IMG/VR virus record: IMGVR_UViG_3300025117_000005
Coordinates: 1 to 64,000 of that record
DNA: 64,000 nucleotides
Reading direction: 5' to 3' (one strand)
DNA from: a virus
This document shows positions 8,726-19,900 of the stretch, one piece after another. A program made the translations under genes and the position numbers. The notes beneath the pieces are model-generated. The model was not told the origin of the DNA and did no database searches. It was given only the letters and a program-made list of their open reading frames with translations. Each line of letters begins with the position of its first letter. Position 1 is the stretch's first letter.

Positions 8726-8910
8726 TCCGTGTCTACCCCAAACAGTTTCTTCTCCAGCCTCAGAAGCGCCCGGTTGGCTTGTTTCATCTTCAGGGCAATG
8801 CGTACCAATGCCCCTTCCGGGGTCTGCTTCTGCCTGGCTACCAGTTGAATGGTTGCGTCAGACTCCAATATTGCGTTCCTGATCTCAGCGATCTCCCCGG
8901 CGACACCCAT
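8722..8910 (-). CDS. Small hypothetical helical protein in lysis cassette
   Basis: GGAG SD; ATGA coupling with the endolysin. Confidence 0.55.
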   Translation of the reverse strand: MGVAGEIAEIRNAILESDATIQLVARQKQTPEGALVRIALKMKQANRALLRLEKKLFGVDTE

Positions 8911-8920
8911 AAGTCATCTC

Positions 8921-9223
8921 CTATTCTGGCGGTTCGTCTTGCAGGTATGGTAACTTCAACGCCCACATGATTCGATCAATCTTCTTGTTGAGCGCCCTAA
9001 ACTCCTTCACACCTTCTTTCAGTCCCAACTTGATCTCTTCTCTGTCACGCACAGACGTTTCCTCAATTTGTTCACACATAGTTTTGTCCTGCTTGCCCTC
9101 CTTGAGGGCGTCGATTTCAGCAAAAACGGTTCGACGAATAAAAAAGGCCAAAATAGTGCCGATCAAAGTTACAAAGCCGGCGATATATCCGATGATCTCA
9201 CCCACACCCAAAGTCACTTCCAC
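8921..9223 (-). CDS. Single-TM holin/hemolysin-like protein
   Basis: N-terminal TM helix followed by a charged coiled coil; upstream of the endolysin. Confidence 0.55.
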   Translation of the reverse strand: MEVTLGVGEIIGYIAGFVTLIGTILAFFIRRTVFAEIDALKEGKQDKTMCEQIEETSVRDREEIKLGLKEGVKEFRALNKKIDRIMWALKLPYLQDEPPE

Positions 9224-9244
9224 TCGACACCCCTTTCAGCCAAT

Positions 9245-9281
9245 AAAAAAGCCCTGAACCATTTCGGTTACAGGGCTTTTT
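9245..9281. terminator. Bidirectional intrinsic terminator
   Basis: AAAAAAGCCCTG-AACC-ATTTC-GGTT-A-CAGGGCTTTTT. Confidence 0.8.
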
Positions 9282-9307
9282 CGCCACTCCGCTATGTTGA
9301 TACTACG

Positions 9308-10345
9308 CTACTCCGGTCTTAGGTCATCCCACAGAACGAAGTAGTGATACGTGTCTCCACTGTTATTGACCTCTGCCCCATTGCCCACCGTGAATGTTCC
9401 ATCCCCAAAGGCCGTTATTCCGTCCGTGATGTACCCTGTCGAAGTACTCCAGTCCAGACAATTCCCTGCCCCCATGCTGGCGGTCCTGTACCTTGGCCTC
9501 CTACCTGAGCCACCAACGCCCTGGATAAATACCAAAGCGGGTGTGCCCTTCCTGTCAAGGGTGATCGTCTTCGATGATTGCCCGTCCCCCGTGTACGACC
9601 CGAAATGCGCCTTCGGGAAGAACCGGATCAGCATGTTCCCGTCGTTGCCAACGAATTCCGAGGGGCCGGGTTCGGCAAAGACGTAATCGATCCAGAAGGA
9701 TTTACTCACTCCTGAAGAGTTTGTGGCCTGTACGGAAAAAATCGTCACCCCATCCCTTGACCCGCTGGCAATTCCGGAAATGTCCCAAGTTTGCTTAACC
9801 CAGGTATTGGCGGGAGGAGGCGTGGTAACGGTATGGGACTGTTCGTTATACGCCGATTCCCCAAAGCGGAGATAGAACCAGATCATTGAGGAATTATCCG
9901 AACGGCGTAGTGATGCTTTAAGTGATTCGTACGCGCTAAGATCCCATGCCCCGCTTGATTTTGTGGCCTTGACTATAGCCGTCACCCCACCTGGTACAGT
10001 GACTTTAATTGATCCAGTTCCTTCATTCATAATGGAAGGATCCAGAGCAATAGTTACTCCCGCTCCGGAATGAATACTCCACACTGCTGTTCCGTCATCA
10101 ATGGCGTCGCAGTGATGAAGATCAAGAGGCTCCCCCATCACAAACTTCGCCTCTCCAACCGCAGGTAGGCCCGCATCCATCGGAAAATCTATGCCACCCT
10201 CGATTCTTGCCAGCACCATATTCCATGCCTCCTCTAAGGCCGCAACACGTTGTTCTAACCGGTGCACTTGCTTCTTTGCGCTTTCCCCAAAAGCAGGGAA
10301 CGCTATCACCAGAACCAGCAGTAACGAAATGAGAATCTTTTTCAT
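9308..10345 (-). CDS. Secreted fibre-like/carbohydrate-binding protein (moron)
   Basis: Signal peptide MKKILISLLLVLVIAFPAFG; short coiled coil; CBM-like beta-sandwich (WDLSAY...FWIDYV); C-terminal GSYTGDG...VNNSGDTYHYF fibre-tip-type motif. Confidence 0.6.
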   Translation of the reverse strand: MKKILISLLLVLVIAFPAFGESAKKQVHRLEQRVAALEEAWNMVLARIEGGIDFPMDAGLPAVGEAKFVMGEPLDLHHCDAIDDGTAVWSIHSGAGVTIALDPSIMNEGTGSIKVTVPGGVTAIVKATKSSGAWDLSAYESLKASLRRSDNSSMIWFYLRFGESAYNEQSHTVTTPPPANTWVKQTWDISGIASGSRDGVTIFSVQATNSSGVSKSFWIDYVFAEPGPSEFVGNDGNMLIRFFPKAHFGSYTGDGQSSKTITLDRKGTPALVFIQGVGGSGRRPRYRTASMGAGNCLDWSTSTGYITDGITAFGDGTFTVGNGAEVNNSGDTYHYFVLWDDLRPE

Positions 10346-10377
10346 AATCTCCCTCCTTTCAACAAAATATTAGTCAT

Positions 10378-10406
10378 ACTATACACACATCGGAGGGAAA
10401 TGTCAA
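10378..10406 (-). promoter_or_regulatory. Sigma70-type promoter for 9308..10345
   Basis: TTGACA-17 bp-TATAGT on the minus strand, followed by an AAGGAGGGAG SD. Confidence 0.8.
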
Positions 10407-10408
10407 GA

Positions 10409-13400
10409 TTAATCAGAGGGCTCTCCCACCCCAATCACATCGTATGGCAGCAGCCGGAAGTCGTAATCAACATCTGACTCCATCTTGGATAACGTGATAC
10501 TCTTGGCTCCCTTGGTCGCTGTATCAATCAGGTATGCCGCCTCAATCGGACACGGCACCGTAGTTGAAGCGTAAACCTCAGTTTTATCCAGGTCTTGACG
10601 GGTTATCTCATCCCAGTCTGACCAACTGATAATGAACTTTCGACCGTTCCGTTTCGGCACTACACTAGGACTATATCCGGTCATGTCCGGAGCGGCCTTG
10701 GATAGTGCGACAGAATCCGCTGTCTCTGAAAAATTACCAGCTTTATCCCTTGCCTTCAGGTAGAAGGTCTTGCTTCGATCTCCCTCGAAGACGTTATGGT
10801 AATCGGTGTACAGAACCTTCGGTTTAGTTCCACGATAGACCAAACCGGACCCTTCCCCGCCCCAGTTTGCATCTTCCGTCCTAATTTCATAGTATTCAAG
10901 GTTTTTCGTGTCTGCTACCGGGGTCCAAATCAACCACGGATACACACCGTCGAAGTTACACTTCTGGTTACCTGTTCCCGCAGTGACAAATGTCACGTTC
11001 CCAAAGGCAGACGGAGAGGCCATGTTGGACGGATCGACCGACACGTTTCCGCTAATATCGATTCCCTTGAGCCAGTAATAATAGGTCTGACCATCCCCTA
11101 TATCCGTGTCTCTGAATGACCGAGAAGCCCTTGATTTCTTGTCGTAATAGTCATCCTCGCTGAACACGCCGGTCGTGTTGCGATAAATGTTCCATTCTGC
11201 AAGATCTGACTCCACGGAGGTCTTGGTCCACTTGAGAAGGTTAACCGCACGTTTGGAGCTCACCGTCAAGGTCACGTCGGCCATCGAGGGCGGCGTCTCA
11301 TCCTTCCCGGTCGCAATGGACTGGTCAGCACAGTAGTTCGTGACGTTCCTGGACGGGTCTGTCGCCCTCACCCGCCACCAATACGTGACGAGGGTTTCGA
11401 GACCAGGGATTGTCAACTCATTCGTCGTACTCGTCAGGCGTTTCTTCTTATCCGATGCTCCGTCCTTCCAGTATTCGACCTCGTATCTGACCGGACCACC
11501 TGTATCCGTGCAGACATTCCACGACAATACCAGTTCAACGAGCGTGCTGCCCTGGAGTTGGTCATTGTAAATATTGTCAACCGCAGCCATCCCTTCAGGA
11601 GGGTTCGGAGTCGGCGGCGTCGCATCAACCCCCGTGTTCGCATTAATCAGGACGGCCTGTTGCGAACAGTAGGCCGAATTATTAGCTGGATCTGCCTTGT
11701 CGTAAGACCTGACTTTTACGTACCATGTCTGTCCGCTCGCCGTACCCATGATGGTGCAAACATTATCCCGCCCGCGCTGTTTAAGGGTCGTCGCATCCGG
11801 CGCGAAGTCATCTACCATAGAAGCGTGGAACTCGAAGCCGTCAAAGTCCGTGTCTTCCGTGTTGGCATCGACCGTCGCCCGGATCAGTAAACCCTCAGAG
11901 TAAAGCAACAGGGTTGACGGAACAGACGGTGGGGTTGAATCGTGTCCGGTGATAAAGGCGTAGGCGTAGGCCGCAACCGGATTCTCGGGACGCTTGGCCG
12001 AGGCAGCAAATGAGTGCAACCGGAACAGTAACGACTGCCCCTGTTGAACATTGGTCATCCGATAGCGGGAGCCCTCAGCCGCAGCCAGGAAATTCCATGA
12101 CAGGGGCTTCAGAAAATAGAAGCAATCGAAGGACACCTCAATGCTTATCCCTGCCCCGATCTTCGCTCGACAGGAAAGTTCATACTGGGTGATTTCTGCC
12201 CACGTGATGCTACCCGATGTGGCAAAATCCGACTTGTGCGCCACGATGCAGTTAGGACCACTCTGCAATTCAGATTTGGACCGCGTGTATGAGAAATAGT
12301 TGGTGTCATCCTTTTTAAAGAGGACCTTGATGCACGTCCCGTCATAGATCTTGTCCAGATAGTCAATGAAGAAACTCAGGACCACGGTATCGTTTGCATC
12401 AGCGGAAAGGTCGGCCACGATGTTCCTGTTCGTGGAAGCCCATGCCCCGTTGGTTGACGTCACCTTGCGAGACGGAACGATCTTGGATTCAATAAAGGTT
12501 TCGTTCAACTCCCCGTTAACCCACCCCTCAGCGACCGCAAAGTCTCCGAGGATCGTGTTGATCTCGGCGGCACAGTGATAGATATTGCCCCCGAGATATT
12601 TGCCGACCACAGACGAGTTTTCCGGCTCTACCCAATCCAGGACGAGGTTGTAAAGGTAGTTCCCCTGCGTATCCGTCTTCTGGACTTCCTCGACGGCATT
12701 ACAGGCCAATATAGGATTAGGAGGTAATTCGGTAGGAGAAGGCAAGGGTACGACGTTGCTGTCGTCCAGCGTCCCGGCGTCCCAATAGACATTCTCATTG
12801 TATTCGAGGCAATGCAACTGGCAGGTCTGATTGCTCTTGCGCGTCATCTGCAGGACGGAGTAGAGTTTAAAGACCTTGTTGATTTCACCCACCGAGTACA
12901 GGTCGTATCTCTGAACGAGTTGGCTGAAGGGTGCTGTCACTGTCAAACTTGCGTAGGTGCCCGGTCCCTCTGCTACCCGGCGCTGCTCCACCACATCCGG
13001 ATTGTCCCCACCCGAGAAGCGCACGACGATATCATAGGTCTTATCCGCATCGAGCGTGATAGACTCATCCAGGAACACTTCGTTGAGTGCCGCAGAGTCC
13101 CCCCCCGCACGTCCTGATACTTGCCCCGCATTCCGGATAAACTCATGAGCGAACCGGATAACCTGCCCAGGGAGACACAGGATTGCATCAATACCAGCCT
13201 CAAAAGTAATGCCATGGTGCAGGAGTTTAGCGATATTGAGTTCATACTTCGCATTCCTGACCGCCAGGTTCCCATTGGTTGTTGCGGCCAGCGTAATATT
13301 CTTCAGCCGCACCGGGGTTTCAGCCATATCGACCTGGAATGCGTTGGGCTTGTAATTCTGGTTGGCCGCGAGATAGCTGACATGGTAGGCGTTATAACTC

Positions 13401-15511
13401 AACCGTTCGTCTACCCATTCCGGCTGCAACGACCCCTGAACGATATTGCCCATTGTGAAAAGCTGTGATGGCGTCCGCGGTCGATCCGGCACAACCAGGA
13501 ACTTGCCACCCGCCCGGAAGAACATCCCCCTGAATGTGCCCCAAACGTCTTGCAGGATAGGGTACAGTTTCTTTCTCTGGTCCCACACGAAGTTGCAGGA
13601 TTGACGCGGTATGCCGGCTGTCGCCCCCGAATAGAGATACGGCAAGGCTGCATCACCGGTATGAAGCATAGAGCCCCAGGCGTACACCTCATCGCCCGAG
13701 GTCGCAAACTTAATCCCGAACGATGGGTTTTCAACGGTTCGCGTATCGGTCACCCGGGTCCATGCGTCGGCGGTAATCGCCACGACTGTCCAGGTAGATC
13801 CGTCAGCCGTCACGGAAATGGCCCCAGTCCCGGTCTTACGTTTCAGGTAAATACTGCCCGTACGTTGCGCTGATACCCCTGTAATCGCTTGCAGGATTGT
13901 CGCATTGTTGGCGGTAGCCGTCAGGGTTTCAGCCTTCTCCGGATCGCTTGCGGCAGCGTAGGGAGCCTGAACGGTATCTTCTGCAACGGTCACGTTAGTT
14001 GCGACCCAAGCCGACCTTTGCAATTCTTCTGACCATACGAGCAGGTTGTTTTCGGCACAGTAGGCCGCATAATTCTTAATGTAGGTGTCATGCACAGGCT
14101 CCGCAGGCAACCACGACCCGAATCCCCATGTCGTGTTCTTGCAGAGCTCGCGTCCGAGAAACGCAGGATTGTCCGTCCAGGCATCAACCCAAGCCGAACC
14201 GTTCCATGTCGGCATGATAGAGCCTTCTGCCAGCGCCGTCACCGTAGGGGGATTATCAGAAAGATGCTCTGTAGCCAGCGCCTTAATGGCAATCATGGCA
14301 TAACCCGCATAGGTGCGCGGGTTGGTTTCCGTAATCTCCGTGATCTTCTTCACGAAAGTCCGGAAAGCCGCCCTCTGACCATCGTGTACGATAGTGAGAA
14401 GAGAAACCCGCACATCAAAGCGGTTTGGAGAGAGCCCGTCTACCCGTTGAGCCCACCGCAGCGCAGTGGTCTTAGATGCCTTCACATCAAACTGCCCGTC
14501 AACTGTCCACGGGTTTGACCCCTCCAGAGTGTAGACACGATGTTCGATCTTGTACGTAAGTTCATTCGGTAACATCCCGTCGTCACCCTGGAAGTACAGA
14601 CCCCCGGGACATTCCAAGTGAACCTTGAAGCCACTGAGAGCTACCCCCTCGGTGGTCGTATAGGTGTATGGAGTACCGCCCTGCTCGGGCGTCTTAATCT
14701 CCACGTTGGTTTCGTAGGTGGTTTGCGCCTCATCGAAACCAGGGATGGCTGTCTGATCCAGTGTGCCCAGCCGGGTGTAATACTCGACTTCGCTCCCGTA
14801 GTTGGTAATGGGGTTATCGTCAACCCTGATGTCCGTCAGACTCTGAATAGGTCCATGTCCAACACATCCGAGAATCTTCAGGTAAGATTTCGTCTGCGTC
14901 AGGTCGATCTTGGTCTTCGCTTTGTTGACATAGTATTCCTCTTCGATCGAGTAATGCACCACTTTGACGCTAACCCGATGCCGACCTAAGATAACCGGGA
15001 TTGAATCTCCAGGCCCATAACTATTTTGAATGCCGTTCCAGCCGTAGGACGTGGCCGATTCTGTCATGGCCTGCCCTTTGGGTTGAGCAGGGGCCAGAAG
15101 GAAGGACATTAATTGCCCAATCACCAGAGAGATGGCGGTCATGATGGCAAAGTTCAGCACCGCCGCAGAGACACCATAAACCGTACCGGCGATGGATATA
15201 CCGATAATGGTTCCGGCCGAAATAGGATCCCCCATGCCTGGTATCAGGGTAATCTCGTCTCCGTCCATCGGCAGGATACCATGTAACAGGGTGTCCATGA
15301 TCTCTTTGTCGCACGCAGACAAGTCACGATGAGGGGTAGCAGGCAAGGCCCGACCGTTCCAGACGACCTTGTTCCACTCCACATCCCGCAGGTCTTCTTC
15401 GATATAGAAGAAGATCGGTTGCCGAGGAACCCACTCGCGCTCGTATTCGTAGTATACCAGCGAGCCCTGTTCAGCAGTTTTGAATGGATCCGGAACCCGT
15501 ACCTTAATCAT
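10409..15511 (-). CDS. Tail tip / host specificity protein (lambda J-like) with FN3 and inserted CBM-like domains
   Basis: SYGWNG..N...G..IPVILGRHRV, GHGPI, RLGTLDQTAIPGF, WTDNPA, LFTMGNIV, LEYNENVY; C-terminal FN3-like repeats. Confidence 0.9.
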   Translation of the reverse strand: MIKVRVPDPFKTAEQGSLVYYEYEREWVPRQPIFFYIEEDLRDVEWNKVVWNGRALPATPHRDLSACDKEIMDTLLHGILPMDGDEITLIPGMGDPISAGTIIGISIAGTVYGVSAAVLNFAIMTAISLVIGQLMSFLLAPAQPKGQAMTESATSYGWNGIQNSYGPGDSIPVILGRHRVSVKVVHYSIEEEYYVNKAKTKIDLTQTKSYLKILGCVGHGPIQSLTDIRVDDNPITNYGSEVEYYTRLGTLDQTAIPGFDEAQTTYETNVEIKTPEQGGTPYTYTTTEGVALSGFKVHLECPGGLYFQGDDGMLPNELTYKIEHRVYTLEGSNPWTVDGQFDVKASKTTALRWAQRVDGLSPNRFDVRVSLLTIVHDGQRAAFRTFVKKITEITETNPRTYAGYAMIAIKALATEHLSDNPPTVTALAEGSIMPTWNGSAWVDAWTDNPAFLGRELCKNTTWGFGSWLPAEPVHDTYIKNYAAYCAENNLLVWSEELQRSAWVATNVTVAEDTVQAPYAAASDPEKAETLTATANNATILQAITGVSAQRTGSIYLKRKTGTGAISVTADGSTWTVVAITADAWTRVTDTRTVENPSFGIKFATSGDEVYAWGSMLHTGDAALPYLYSGATAGIPRQSCNFVWDQRKKLYPILQDVWGTFRGMFFRAGGKFLVVPDRPRTPSQLFTMGNIVQGSLQPEWVDERLSYNAYHVSYLAANQNYKPNAFQVDMAETPVRLKNITLAATTNGNLAVRNAKYELNIAKLLHHGITFEAGIDAILCLPGQVIRFAHEFIRNAGQVSGRAGGDSAALNEVFLDESITLDADKTYDIVVRFSGGDNPDVVEQRRVAEGPGTYASLTVTAPFSQLVQRYDLYSVGEINKVFKLYSVLQMTRKSNQTCQLHCLEYNENVYWDAGTLDDSNVVPLPSPTELPPNPILACNAVEEVQKTDTQGNYLYNLVLDWVEPENSSVVGKYLGGNIYHCAAEINTILGDFAVAEGWVNGELNETFIESKIVPSRKVTSTNGAWASTNRNIVADLSADANDTVVLSFFIDYLDKIYDGTCIKVLFKKDDTNYFSYTRSKSELQSGPNCIVAHKSDFATSGSITWAEITQYELSCRAKIGAGISIEVSFDCFYFLKPLSWNFLAAAEGSRYRMTNVQQGQSLLFRLHSFAASAKRPENPVAAYAYAFITGHDSTPPSVPSTLLLYSEGLLIRATVDANTEDTDFDGFEFHASMVDDFAPDATTLKQRGRDNVCTIMGTASGQTWYVKVRSYDKADPANNSAYCSQQAVLINANTGVDATPPTPNPPEGMAAVDNIYNDQLQGSTLVELVLSWNVCTDTGGPVRYEVEYWKDGASDKKKRLTSTTNELTIPGLETLVTYWWRVRATDPSRNVTNYCADQSIATGKDETPPSMADVTLTVSSKRAVNLLKWTKTSVESDLAEWNIYRNTTGVFSEDDYYDKKSRASRSFRDTDIGDGQTYYYWLKGIDISGNVSVDPSNMASPSAFGNVTFVTAGTGNQKCNFDGVYPWLIWTPVADTKNLEYYEIRTEDANWGGEGSGLVYRGTKPKVLYTDYHNVFEGDRSKTFYLKARDKAGNFSETADSVALSKAAPDMTGYSPSVVPKRNGRKFIISWSDWDEITRQDLDKTEVYASTTVPCPIEAAYLIDTATKGAKSITLSKMESDVDYDFRLLPYDVIGVGEPSD

Positions 15512-15863
15512 TCTTCATCCTGGAATGCCTGAGATAGCCAGCAATACGACCCTGATAATCATCATCCGTAACGCGGGATACCACCATGCCGGCCGTGCCA
15601 CCGTAATGGATAAACTCACCACCACCAAGGTAGATGCCGATATGGTTAATCACGATCGGGTGATTTCTCATAAGCACAATATCCCCGAACCGGAGATTAT
15701 CAGCCTCAACCGGCCGGAAGCGTGAAAGCATCTCTATGTAGTCCCGGTCGATCTCAATCCCAAACTCTTTTTTGTAGACCTCTTTGACAAAGAGGAAACA
15801 CCCCGACTTCCCTTGCCCGAACTGGCGACCAAGGTATTTGTCAACAAGTTCCGTAGGTGTCAT
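15504..15863 (-). CDS. NlpC/P60 tail assembly protein (lambda K C-terminal-like)
   Basis: GCFLFV (Cys), GDIVLM, HIGIYLGGGEFIH; lies between the L-like and J-like genes. Confidence 0.85.
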   Translation of the reverse strand: MTPTELVDKYLGRQFGQGKSGCFLFVKEVYKKEFGIEIDRDYIEMLSRFRPVEADNLRFGDIVLMRNHPIVINHIGIYLGGGEFIHYGGTAGMVVSRVTDDDYQGRIAGYLRHSRMKND

Positions 15864-16402
15864 ATGATCCCGAGCGAAACCCTTGGGTTTCCAGAAGGCA
15901 TTGCGGGAAACTTATCCCTGTCGTATGACTGGGTAGGCCCCTCTACGTTGTAGGCGTCAGCCGACAAGGCCAACGTGAAGACAACAATGTCCTGACCCGC
16001 AACGGCTATGATGGTGAAGAACTCAGGGATAAAAATCTGGCTGGCGCTCTCATACAGCACTTCCTCGTACCAGTCTTCTCCGTTGAGGTTGACCAGATAG
16101 ACATTCCCTTGTTTGCCCGCCAGTCCGTTATTCTCATAGAGGTATGCTGTAAGCGTTCCCGCCACATTGGAAATGCTGACCGTCGCGGTCTGTACTTCTC
16201 CCTTTGATGTAAACTTGATATCGGACACCGCCACAGGAAAAGAGATCCACAACTTACCGTCATAGACAACCGGGCGCACATGGGTTGTCACACGATACCA
16301 AACACCGGTTGTCAATTCCACTTCACACAGATAGACCCACGGGTCCTTCTGTTCTAACTTGTTCTTCTGTGTGAGCAGTTCAGGGGTTGATGCGTAAGGC
16401 AT
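15860..16402 (-). CDS. Minor tail protein (lambda L-like / hub)
   Basis: Start re-placed at MPYAST (TAATG coupling); KNKLEQKDPWVYLCEV, VYDGKLWISFP, SISNV; synteny. Confidence 0.65.
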   Translation of the reverse strand: MPYASTPELLTQKNKLEQKDPWVYLCEVELTTGVWYRVTTHVRPVVYDGKLWISFPVAVSDIKFTSKGEVQTATVSISNVAGTLTAYLYENNGLAGKQGNVYLVNLNGEDWYEEVLYESASQIFIPEFFTIIAVAGQDIVVFTLALSADAYNVEGPTQSYDRDKFPAMPSGNPRVSLGII

Positions 16403-16938
16403 TAGAACGCTTCCTCCACTACAATTTCCACTTCCAAAGCCGTGTAACCACCGTGAATCACGGTCCTGAAGGTAGGTTTGTAATCCTTTGCAAACCACAC
16501 CTGGACCGTCTCGTCACCGAGGATGGGGATATCAATGTCGAACTTCTCCACGCTCCCGCTACGATTGCGCCAGAACGTCAGGACGTTATCGAAGTTACCA
16601 TTCAGGAGTAGATATTTGGCCTTCCATGTCCGGGCCTCATATCCGAGTGACCGTCTCTCCTGATAGCCCTTCCCGAACTGGACTGAGTTCATGGGTCTGT
16701 CGAACTCAAATTCCTCGACATCATATGCCTCCGGATACTGCAGGCACTTCCATGTCACGGTCCCATCGGAAACCACTTGGCCTACCGTAGTGGGCCAGGT
16801 CGGTTCTGTAACCGCATGAGATGTTCCAGGCTGCATGCACTCATAGAACAACCCGTTTGCAGCCGTAGGCACGATCCATGTACCGAGATCATATGTCAGG
16901 TCGGCAAGCCATGTAGTGTCAGTCGGAAACCGTGCCAT
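16402..16938 (-). CDS. Distal tail protein (lambda M-like) with N-terminal small carbohydrate-binding-like module
   Basis: VQFGKGYQER, F..R.G....F motifs; N-terminal W..DLTY.LG..IVPT..NG.FYEC...GTS...EPTWPT..G..VSDG.V.W.C. Confidence 0.75.
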   Translation of the reverse strand: MARFPTDTTWLADLTYDLGTWIVPTAANGLFYECMQPGTSHAVTEPTWPTTVGQVVSDGTVTWKCLQYPEAYDVEEFEFDRPMNSVQFGKGYQERRSLGYEARTWKAKYLLLNGNFDNVLTFWRNRSGSVEKFDIDIPILGDETVQVWFAKDYKPTFRTVIHGGYTALEVEIVVEEAF

Positions 16939-16947
16939 TCAGTTCCT

Positions 16948-19900
16948 CTATCCGTTGGGCCGTATGGCCTTGCGCGTAGCGCCACCGCGTCTGTAGTCGG
17001 TGGCAACTGTCAGGGCAATTTCGTCCGAGGTCGGACGGACCTTTGCAATCAATCCATCATCGAGGTGAATATCTACATCCACCTTAGCTGTTCCACCACC
17101 TGGCACCTTGCCAGTCTGGTTCATGTAGTCCAGATTCCTCTTGCCGATCGCCCGAGCAGAACTGCTTCGTATCACGTACTCCTGATGCTGGAGGATAGCC
17201 AACATCTCGTCCCGTCCGAGACCTCCCGAGTGCATTCGATGTGCCCGAATTTCACCACCAGTATGGGCCATGATCGGAGGACCTACACCCGGGCTTCCCG
17301 GTGTCAATGGAATCTTTGGTATGCCGCCACCAAAGATGCTTCCGAGACCCTTTAACGCCCACCCAAAGATTCCAGCAAGGCCACCACTGCTACTCCCGCC
17401 TGATGTGGTCTTCTCGAACTTGAGCCAGTCCATAATCATGCGTTCGATCAGCTTCATCCAGATACTGCCGATACTCCGCATGGCATCCGCGAGGTATTCT
17501 TTCCATGTCTTGATCTTGCCGGTTGACAGGAAATCCTTCAGGGGGGCGAGCATGGAGTTTTTGACTGTCTCTCCAAATTCTTTACCGATCTGCTTGCCGA
17601 ACTCGAAGCCGGTTTCCATGTTCTTCCAGAAATCGTTCCATCCTTGTGTGACGCCAGGCAGAACACCGGAGAGCTGCTCCATATCCGTCCTGAGTTCTTT
17701 GTTGGCCTTACGAATCCGTTCATTGGCAGCATCCACCTGTTCCCGGAGCTTTGCAATGGCCGCCTGAACTTCGACGGATGTTCCCTCCATTTCCAGAAGA
17801 GCGATCTTGTTGTTAAGAACTTCAACGGTATTCTGGTTCAACGATATGGTAAGCTCATCCATCTGTTTCTTGAGCTTCCACCCGAATTCACTTTTCTTAT
17901 CAACTTCACTTAAGGCGTCGTACTGTTGCTCCTTGATAAGCAACATATCCTTGCTGGCACGGGTCTGTGTCTCCAGGTCTACCCGGACCTGCTTTTCGAT
18001 CTCACGAATTCTATCTGCCTCAGCAGACTTCCGTATTTCGCTGATGTCTTGCAGACCCTGATGGTATATGCGGGCTCTGTCAGCAACGTAACGCTGGTCT
18101 TCGGCCAGGATTAATGTGTTAGTCTCCGCAATAATCGCCTTTGCGTCTGCTCCCGCCTGTCCCAGTTGCTTCAACATATCACCGGCAATCTTGGCGCGGT
18201 TATCTCTCCATTTTGCTTCCGCACCAGTCAACTGCATATCGATGATATTATCCTGAGCGGCCAAACGGTCTTGCTCTGTCTTGGCAAGGGCAATCTCGGC
18301 ATTCACCGTTTCGGTTTGAATCTTCAGAAGATCGGATTGAAATCTCCTCTCGTTCGCCAAACGATCTGCACGCCGTTTCTGGCGCACTTTTTCCTTATCT
18401 CGCTCACCGTTGTCTTCTGCCTCTGCAAGTTTATCCGCGAGCGACCTACCGAGTTCAGCTAACAGATCTTCTTTTTGAGTTTTAGTGAAATCTTTTTCAG
18501 CTTCAATCTTCCCTCTCTTCGCCTGGTATTCCTCCAGGATTTCGAGACGCCTGATCTGTGTCATCTCGTCTATCCGGATCAACTCGTCAAACTCGTCCCT
18601 AGCTCGTTGCATCCGGTTTTTCAGGTCTTCTTGCCTAAATTGAGCAAGGTAACCAGCATATTTCTCTGCCCGCTCCAACCGATCTTTGTTGTACTTGTCT
18701 TCGATCTCTTTCCGTTTTGTGTTGTAATACTGCTCAATGAGCGCCCGCTTTTCCAGGGCCTTAACTAAGGCATCACCTTCCAAGAGGGACATATCACCCA
18801 AGCTATCAATCGCCTCCTGACGCTCCATAAGCAGCGCAGACAGTTCGCTCGCCGCCTTCTTTCTCCAATCCCGAAGAGACTTCAACTCTTCACTGGTTGC
18901 CTTATCCCTGGGTTTCCTCTCAACATCAGTAATGATGTCGTAGAGGTTACGGTATCCAACGGCTACGTCCTGGATGGATCGTGTAAGACCGGCATTTGCC
19001 AAAGCCTCCCTGATAGCATCTTCGGTATAGCCCTTCATCCCACGGGACATGGCCCGCAAAGCCTCATCGGCCCCCTCTACGGCCTTCCTCTGTTCCTCAA
19101 AGGCTTTCCCCATCCCCGTAGCCTTTAGGAATTGCTCGAAGTTCCCCTTGTTATTCTTCTGCCATTCCCCGTACCGAACCTGCATATCCTTCTGGAGTTT
19201 ATCGAACCGTTTTTGTTCCTCCTCCAGGGACGACGCAAGCGTAGTGAATCGTGTCATTTTCAGGTCATCAAACTGCTTCTTAGTTTTCGCCAAGACCTCT
19301 TCTATAATCCGGCCCAGTTCCTTCTCTTCTACCTGACCCTGACGGATAGCCTCGTTCAAGTCTTTATGGGTGGTAGCCACCTCTTCGATGGCATCCCTGA
19401 TCTCTTCCCGTGTGGCCTTCCCATCCTTCAGGAGGGCATTCACCTTCTCGTAGTCCATGATCTTCTTGCCCAGATCCTGCAACTCCCGGTCCTGCACCTT
19501 CAGGGTTTCCTGTAATTCCTTCTTGGTATCCCCGATGATGGCTTTTAGGGCGGCCCAACCCGTAATCAACACGGACAGACCCAACAGGAAGGGGTTGGCG
19601 GCGAGGAATGCCCATGCCGCACCCAATGCGTGAAGGGCTATAGTCAGATATTTTGCGACAGTAGTGAGATTCATCAGAACAGCGGCGAGGGCGATATATG
19701 GAGCCAGGTCTTTAATAGAGTCAACCAGCTTCAACAAGATTTCAAGGAGGAGGTTGAAGGCGGGGAGGGCTTTCTCTGTAATCGTCATTCCTGTGTCAAG
19801 CAGACGATTCGCCAGCACTTTCAGTCTGTTGACCGGACCTTCCATTGACCGATCGAACATGATCATCATGGCATTCGTTCCGGTAATGCGCTCCGTCATT

